A DNA stretch of 64,000 bases from Alphaproteobacteria bacterium (lineage in GTDB: Bacteria > Pseudomonadota > Alphaproteobacteria > JBFXJJ01). Each line of letters starts with the position of its first letter. Positions within the stretch are counted from its first letter, which is position 1. Shown here piece after piece: positions 59,143 to 64,000 of this stretch. The stretch covers positions 193,995 to 257,994 of the forward strand of contig JBFXJJ010000002.1 in NCBI GenBank assembly GCA_050175015.1. Direction: 5' to 3'. The notes under the pieces were generated by a model that had not been told where the DNA came from, ran no database searches, and worked only from the letters and a program-made list of their open reading frames with translations. The position numbers and the translations under genes were made by a program.

Positions 59143-60858
59143 ATGACAAACAATACAATATCGATAGCAATCACTGGCTCTGGTGGTGCTGGAGTTATGA
59201 CTGCGGGACAAATTCTTCTTAAAGCCGTAGCTAAAACAGGGTATTACGGTTTAATGGCCAGATCTCTGGGACCTCAAATTAGAGGTGGTGAAGCCGCTGC
59301 TCTTCTAAGATTTTCTTCTGAAAAAGTTGAAAATCAAGGTGATTTTTTCAATATTTTAATCGCATTTGACTGGGGCAACATCAGCCGTTTTCAAGGCGAG
59401 CTTCCTTTAAGACCTGAAACTATTGTTATCTATGATCCAGAAGGCGAAGAAGTTCCAGAATTTGTATTAAAGAATAAGCCTCAACTATTCCCTGTTCCAC
59501 TTGCAGAAATTGCAAAATCCATTGAATTTGGAAGAGCCAATATGGTTGGACTAGGCTTTTTATCTGAAATAATTGGTCTTAATAAAACTTTCATATCAGA
59601 TGTTTTGCAAAAAAGTCTTAAGAAAAAAGGTGAAAAAGCTTTTGCCGCTGCAATTGACTGTTTTGATAAAGGTGTTGAACAAGCAAAAAAATCTAAAATT
59701 GCTCTTGATTTTCATATTATTTCTAAGAAAACAGGTAACCGCTGGAGCATAACAGGCAATGAAGCCGCAGGTCTTGGCGCGGTACGAGGCGGTATCAAAT
59801 TTGTGGCAGCATATCCGATTACGCCAGCAACCGACATTTTAGAATGGTTAGCGCCTAATATTAACAAAGTTGGCGGTGTTATGGTTCAAGCCGAAGATGA
59901 ACTTGCAGCTATAGCAATGCTTATTGGGGCTTCATTTGGCGGAAAACCTTCTTTGACTGCAACCTCTGGCCCAGGCTTTGCTTTGATGATAGAAGCTTTG
60001 GGATTAGGTATTGCTTCTGAAATTCCTATGGTTATTGTTGATGTTCAACGTGGCGGTCCATCGACTGGTATCCCGACAAAATCTGAACAAAGCGACTTAA
60101 ACATAGCTTTATACGGGGCTCATGGCGATGCTCCCCATCTTGTTTTAGCTGCCAATTCTCCTTCTGACTGTCTTTTTACCACTGAATGGGCAACGATACT
60201 TTCTGAAAACACTCAATGCCCAGCAATCGTGCTTTCAGATCAATTTATGGGGCAAGCTTTAGTAATTGTAGATGAACCTTCTGTATGCAAAAGCCCTGCT
60301 AAAAGAATCACCGCAAAAAATAGTGACAAAGAATATTTACGCTACAAAAACACTGAAAGCGGTATCTCAGAAATGTCTCTTCCTGGAACTATTGGCAGAG
60401 AATATATTGCTGATGGTTTAGAACACAACGAAAAAGGACTTCCTTCAACCGAAGCCAATGTTCACCAAGAACAACTAGACAAACGATTAAGAAAGCTCAC
60501 AAGTTATGACTATGGCGATAGCTGGGCAGATGTTGAAGGCCACGGAGAAACAGCTATCATAACATTTGGTTCAATAACGGGGTCTATTAGAGAAGCATTA
60601 AAAGCTAGTGATAAACAAAAAGATTTCCGTTTAATTTCAATTAGGCTTCTTTATCCTATTCAACCAGAAAAAATGGCAAAAGCCTTAGATGGTGTTAAAC
60701 GAGCAATCATAATTGAGCAGAATCATATGGCTCAGTTATATCACTTCTTAAAAGGTCATTACGACTTACCTTCTAAAACAAGGAACTTTGCAAGAACGGG
60801 ACCACTACCGATAAAACCAGAAGAAATAACTCAAATCATTAACGGCAAAGGATGGTAA
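59143..60858 (+). CDS. korA: 2-oxoacid:ferredoxin oxidoreductase subunit alpha (gamma-alpha fusion)
   Basis: GSGGAGV, QIRGG, TGNEA, YPITPAT, QAEDE, TATSGPG, QRGGPSTGIPT; ATG at 59143. Confidence 0.92.
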   Translation: MTNNTISIAITGSGGAGVMTAGQILLKAVAKTGYYGLMARSLGPQIRGGEAAALLRFSSEKVENQGDFFNILIAFDWGNISRFQGELPLRPETIVIYDPEGEEVPEFVLKNKPQLFPVPLAEIAKSIEFGRANMVGLGFLSEIIGLNKTFISDVLQKSLKKKGEKAFAAAIDCFDKGVEQAKKSKIALDFHIISKKTGNRWSITGNEAAGLGAVRGGIKFVAAYPITPATDILEWLAPNINKVGGVMVQAEDELAAIAMLIGASFGGKPSLTATSGPGFALMIEALGLGIASEIPMVIVDVQRGGPSTGIPTKSEQSDLNIALYGAHGDAPHLVLAANSPSDCLFTTEWATILSENTQCPAIVLSDQFMGQALVIVDEPSVCKSPAKRITAKNSDKEYLRYKNTESGISEMSLPGTIGREYIADGLEHNEKGLPSTEANVHQEQLDKRLRKLTSYDYGDSWADVEGHGETAIITFGSITGSIREALKASDKQKDFRLISIRLLYPIQPEKMAKALDGVKRAIIIEQNHMAQLYHFLKGHYDLPSKTRNFARTGPLPIKPEEITQIINGKGW

Positions 60859-61697
60859 AGATGACAAATAACGAAAAATTAAGTGCCAAAGATTATCGTT
60901 CTGATATGAAACCTATTTGGTGTCCTGGATGCGGAGACTATGCAGTTTTATCCAGTTTGTGCAAATCCTTTGAAACTTTGGGTATCCCCAAGCACGAAAT
61001 CGCTGTTATTTCTGGCATCGGCTGTTCTTCAAGATTGCCTCAATACTTAAGCGTTTATGGTTACCACACTATCCACGGACGAGCCTTGGCTGTAGCAACA
61101 GGCTTAAAAATCGCACGCCCAGACTTAACAGTTGTAACTGTTGGCGGTGATGGCGATGGTTTCTCAATTGGAGGCAACCACTTTATTCATAGCTGCCGTC
61201 GTAATATCGATATTACCTATATCGTTATGGATAACTCAGTTTATGGTATGACCAAAGGACAAGCATCACCAACAACTGATGCTAACTGGAAAGGCTCAAA
61301 ACTTACTCCAGAAGGACCTAGAGTACCTCCTTTCGAACCTTTATGGATGGGACTTGCCGCAGGAGCATCTTTTGTTGCGCGAGCCTTTGCAGGAAATCCC
61401 AAAGAAATCACAAATATTATTACCGAGGCCATGAAACATCCTGGTTTTTCATTAGTGCAAATTGTCAGCCCTTGTGTAACATGGCGTCCTGAACACAAAG
61501 ACTTGAAATCTCTATTTAATAAAAATTTTCCAGATAAGGTAGCATCAGATCCTAAAGAAGCCAGAAGACTTCTTCTTGATGACGATGGCTTCTTTACAGG
61601 AATTGCTTATCAAAATAAAGATGCTTATGTTTCTTACTGCTATGATAAAAAGCAGGAAGTTTCCTTAGATGAAATCGAAAAGCAGTTTGTAATATAA
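60852..61697 (+). CDS. korB: 2-oxoacid:ferredoxin oxidoreductase subunit beta
   Basis: WCPGCGD, SGIGCS, HGRA, TPP motif GGDGDG..IG...DNSVYGMTKGQASPT. Confidence 0.93.
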   Translation: MVKMTNNEKLSAKDYRSDMKPIWCPGCGDYAVLSSLCKSFETLGIPKHEIAVISGIGCSSRLPQYLSVYGYHTIHGRALAVATGLKIARPDLTVVTVGGDGDGFSIGGNHFIHSCRRNIDITYIVMDNSVYGMTKGQASPTTDANWKGSKLTPEGPRVPPFEPLWMGLAAGASFVARAFAGNPKEITNIITEAMKHPGFSLVQIVSPCVTWRPEHKDLKSLFNKNFPDKVASDPKEARRLLLDDDGFFTGIAYQNKDAYVSYCYDKKQEVSLDEIEKQFVI

Positions 61698-61714
61698 ACT
61701 AGGGTAATTTAATA

Positions 61715-62431
61715 ATGACTGATAACATCACTTTTTCTGGACCATCATATATTCCTCAAGATGAGCCAATTGAAAGAATTGTTTTTTTACTGCATGGCTA
61801 TGGTGCTAATGGCGATGATTTAATTGAACTTAGCGAGCCTATGAGTAAAAGAATAAAAAACACTGCTTTTTACGCTCCTAATGCGCCATTTCCTTTAGAG
61901 GTATTCGAGTTTTATATGCCAGTTGGAGGTTATCAATGGTTTACCCTAGACGGTTATAACCCTGAAAGATTAAAAGATAATCCTGATTATCTTGAAGATT
62001 TATCCAATAAAAGATTAGAAGATGTTAAAAAAGTTTTTCCTAGTTTGTGGAAATATATTGATGAGATTGCGACTAAACACAATGTTGACCAAAGCAATAT
62101 TGTAATTGCAGGCTTCTCTCAAGGTGGATTTATGTCACTTTTATCATCTTTGTGCAAAGAAGAGAAAATCGGTGGCGTTATTAGTTTTTCAGGGGTTCCA
62201 ATTGGGAGTGCAGCGGCTGATGTTATCAAACAAGATATACCTGTTCTCTTGATTCACGGCGATTCTGACGATGTTGTGCCGCCCTATGCTCTTGATATTA
62301 CAGAAAGAACTCTTAAATCAAAAAATATTTCACCTGAAATATTTATAAGTTCAGGAGTTTCCCACACTATTGATAATAAAGCATTAGAAACAGCAATAAA
62401 TTTTCTTGAAAAAATATTATTATCTAAGTAA
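61715..62431 (+). CDS. Phospholipase/carboxylesterase
   Basis: LHGYGANG, GFSQGG, IHGDSDDVVP, VSHTI. Confidence 0.9.
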   Translation: MTDNITFSGPSYIPQDEPIERIVFLLHGYGANGDDLIELSEPMSKRIKNTAFYAPNAPFPLEVFEFYMPVGGYQWFTLDGYNPERLKDNPDYLEDLSNKRLEDVKKVFPSLWKYIDEIATKHNVDQSNIVIAGFSQGGFMSLLSSLCKEEKIGGVISFSGVPIGSAAADVIKQDIPVLLIHGDSDDVVPPYALDITERTLKSKNISPEIFISSGVSHTIDNKALETAINFLEKILLSK

Positions 62432-62477
62432 TACTGTTTAAGTCACATATTTTAATATTTTAGTACTGTAGAAAAAA

Positions 62478-62933
62478 ATGATTAACACTTATTCTAATAT
62501 CATAAAACTTATTGAACGTCTTCACAGACACTACTTAGATGTTCTAAGAGTTGAATTACACAATTTAGGCATTGTTGACATCAATCCAGTTCAAGCTCTG
62601 CTTTTATCCAACATTGGTGATGAAAATGTTGTTATGCGGGATTTAAAAGACCGTGGATATTATCAAGGAACTAACGTTTCATATAATATTAAAAGTTTGA
62701 CCTCTGCTGGTTATCTTAAGCAAGAACGCAGCCGTCAAGATAAGCGGGCAGTTAGGCTTACCCTAACAGATAAAGGTGCCAAACTATGTGATATGGTTGC
62801 AGGTCTTAACAAATACTTTGCTGAGAACCTAGGCAATGATCCTCAAATAATAAAACTGTTCAATTCTGCTGATGATGCTTTAGTTAGCTTAGAGCGAACC
62901 TTTACTGATTTTATCCGTTTCGGCCGCAGATAA
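62478..62933 (+). CDS. ldtR: MarR family regulator LdtR-like
   Basis: IERLHRHYLDV, DINPVQALLLSNIG, RGYYQGTNVSYN, DKRAV. Confidence 0.8.
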   Translation: MINTYSNIIKLIERLHRHYLDVLRVELHNLGIVDINPVQALLLSNIGDENVVMRDLKDRGYYQGTNVSYNIKSLTSAGYLKQERSRQDKRAVRLTLTDKGAKLCDMVAGLNKYFAENLGNDPQIIKLFNSADDALVSLERTFTDFIRFGRR

Positions 62934-62964
62934 TAACATTTTTATTTTAAAAAAAGAAAATTAT

Positions 62965-62994
62965 AGCCGTGCCTCAAACGCATGGCTTTTTTTT
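62965..62994 (+). terminator. Terminator between ldtR and purB
   Basis: agccgtgc-ctcaaac-gcatggct followed by T-run. Confidence 0.6.
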
Positions 62995-63006
62995 GAGTAA
63001 AGAAGA

Positions 63007-64000
63007 ATGATACCAAGATATTCCAGAGAAGATATGACCAAAATTTGGTCAGATGAAAATAAATTTAAAATTTGGCAAGAAATTGAAACGCTGGCTTGTG
63101 AAGCTTTAGCCGATTTAGGAACTATTCCTAAAGATGTTCCGCTTGATTTAAGAAACAAGGGGGGATTTGACATTGCCAAAATTGATGAATATGAAAAAAC
63201 CTTAAAACACGATGTTATCGCTTTTCTTACTAGTCTTGCTGATCACGTTGGGGATAATTCAAGATTTGTTCATCAAGGAATGACTTCTTCTGATGTTATT
63301 GATACTTCTTTTGCCGTTAGACTGAAACAAGCCTCAGAGCTCCTATTAAAGGACTTAGATGAACTTTTAGAGGCATTAAAGAATAAAGCTATTGAACATA
63401 AAACAACGCTTTGTATGGGCAGAAGCCACGGTATTCACGCTGAACCTACAACCTTTGGGCATAAACTAGCTGGCTTTTATGCTGAATTCAAACGGAATAA
63501 GACCCGCCTAGAACTTGCTAAAGAAGAAATTTCAACCTGCTCTATTTCTGGTGCCGTTGGGAATTTTTCCACCATCAATCCTAGAGTAGAAGAATATGTT
63601 GCCTCAAAACTTGGTTTAAAACCAGAAACGGTTGCAACGCAGGTGATTCCAAGAGACCGCCACGCTGTATTTTTTGCAACTCTCGGCATAATCGCAAGCT
63701 CAATAGAACGCCTTGCCATTGAAATACGGCACTTACAAAGAACAGAAGTTGGTGAAGTTGAAGAGTTTTTCTCTAAAGGGCAGAAAGGTTCATCGGCTAT
63801 GCCCCATAAGAGAAATCCTGTCCTTTCAGAAAATCTTACGGGTCTAGCACGTCTCGTGCGCAGTTACGTTACTCCAGCCTTAGAAAATGTAGCCTTGTGG
63901 CACGAAAGAGATATTTCTCATTCTGCGGTTGAGAGAATCGCTGCTCCAGACGCTACAACGGTTTTGGATTTTGCTTTGTCACGCCTTACTGGTATTGTTA
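63007..64000 (+). CDS. purB: Adenylosuccinate lyase (3' end runs off the window)
   Basis: Not in ORF track; MIPRYSREDMTKIWS, KHDVIAFL, HQGMTSSDV, GRSHGIHAEPTTFG, KGQKGSSAMPHKRNP. Confidence 0.97.
   Translation, partial: MIPRYSREDMTKIWSDENKFKIWQEIETLACEALADLGTIPKDVPLDLRNKGGFDIAKIDEYEKTLKHDVIAFLTSLADHVGDNSRFVHQGMTSSDVIDTSFAVRLKQASELLLKDLDELLEALKNKAIEHKTTLCMGRSHGIHAEPTTFGHKLAGFYAEFKRNKTRLELAKEEISTCSISGAVGNFSTINPRVEEYVASKLGLKPETVATQVIPRDRHAVFFATLGIIASSIERLAIEIRHLQRTEVGEVEEFFSKGQKGSSAMPHKRNPVLSENLTGLARLVRSYVTPALENVALWHERDISHSAVERIAAPDATTVLDFALSRLTGIV

Overview
AT-rich (roughly one-third GC by eye) chromosomal core segment of an alphaproteobacterium. Gene order and sequences look Rhodospirillales-like, possibly an uncultured host-associated or anaerobic lineage (inference). 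It carries about 62 CDS, 4 tRNAs (Leu-CAG, Val-TAC, Leu-TAG, Gln-TTG) and the usual conserved clusters: groES-groEL, rnd-kdsD-lptCAB-rpoN-hpf-ptsN, tadA-xseA-M23, rluB-rsmD, chorismate mutase-hisC, tig-clpP-clpX-lon-hup, ETF-QO-TPR-ispE/UDG, 2-oxoacid:ferredoxin oxidoreductase alpha/beta, ldtR and purB. I see no prophage, integrase, transposase or CRISPR array. Most notable: (i) a tandemly duplicated promoter-plus-small-gene unit (46087-46977) with a conserved N-terminal leader, variable hydrophobic Gly/Ala core and basic C-terminus; (ii) a BacNav-type voltage-gated channel with a non-canonical TFDGWSS filter, divergent from a cNMP-TPR gene; (iii) a tandem pair of unknown signal-peptide-less Ser/Thr-rich paralogs (23844-25760); (iv) a structured leader RNA upstream of trcR; (v) rpsU apparently starting at ATA; (vi) a decayed MITE-like element between lon and hup; (vii) a prephenate dehydratase with an insertion and altered motifs. 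All product calls come from motif recognition by eye; no database search was run.
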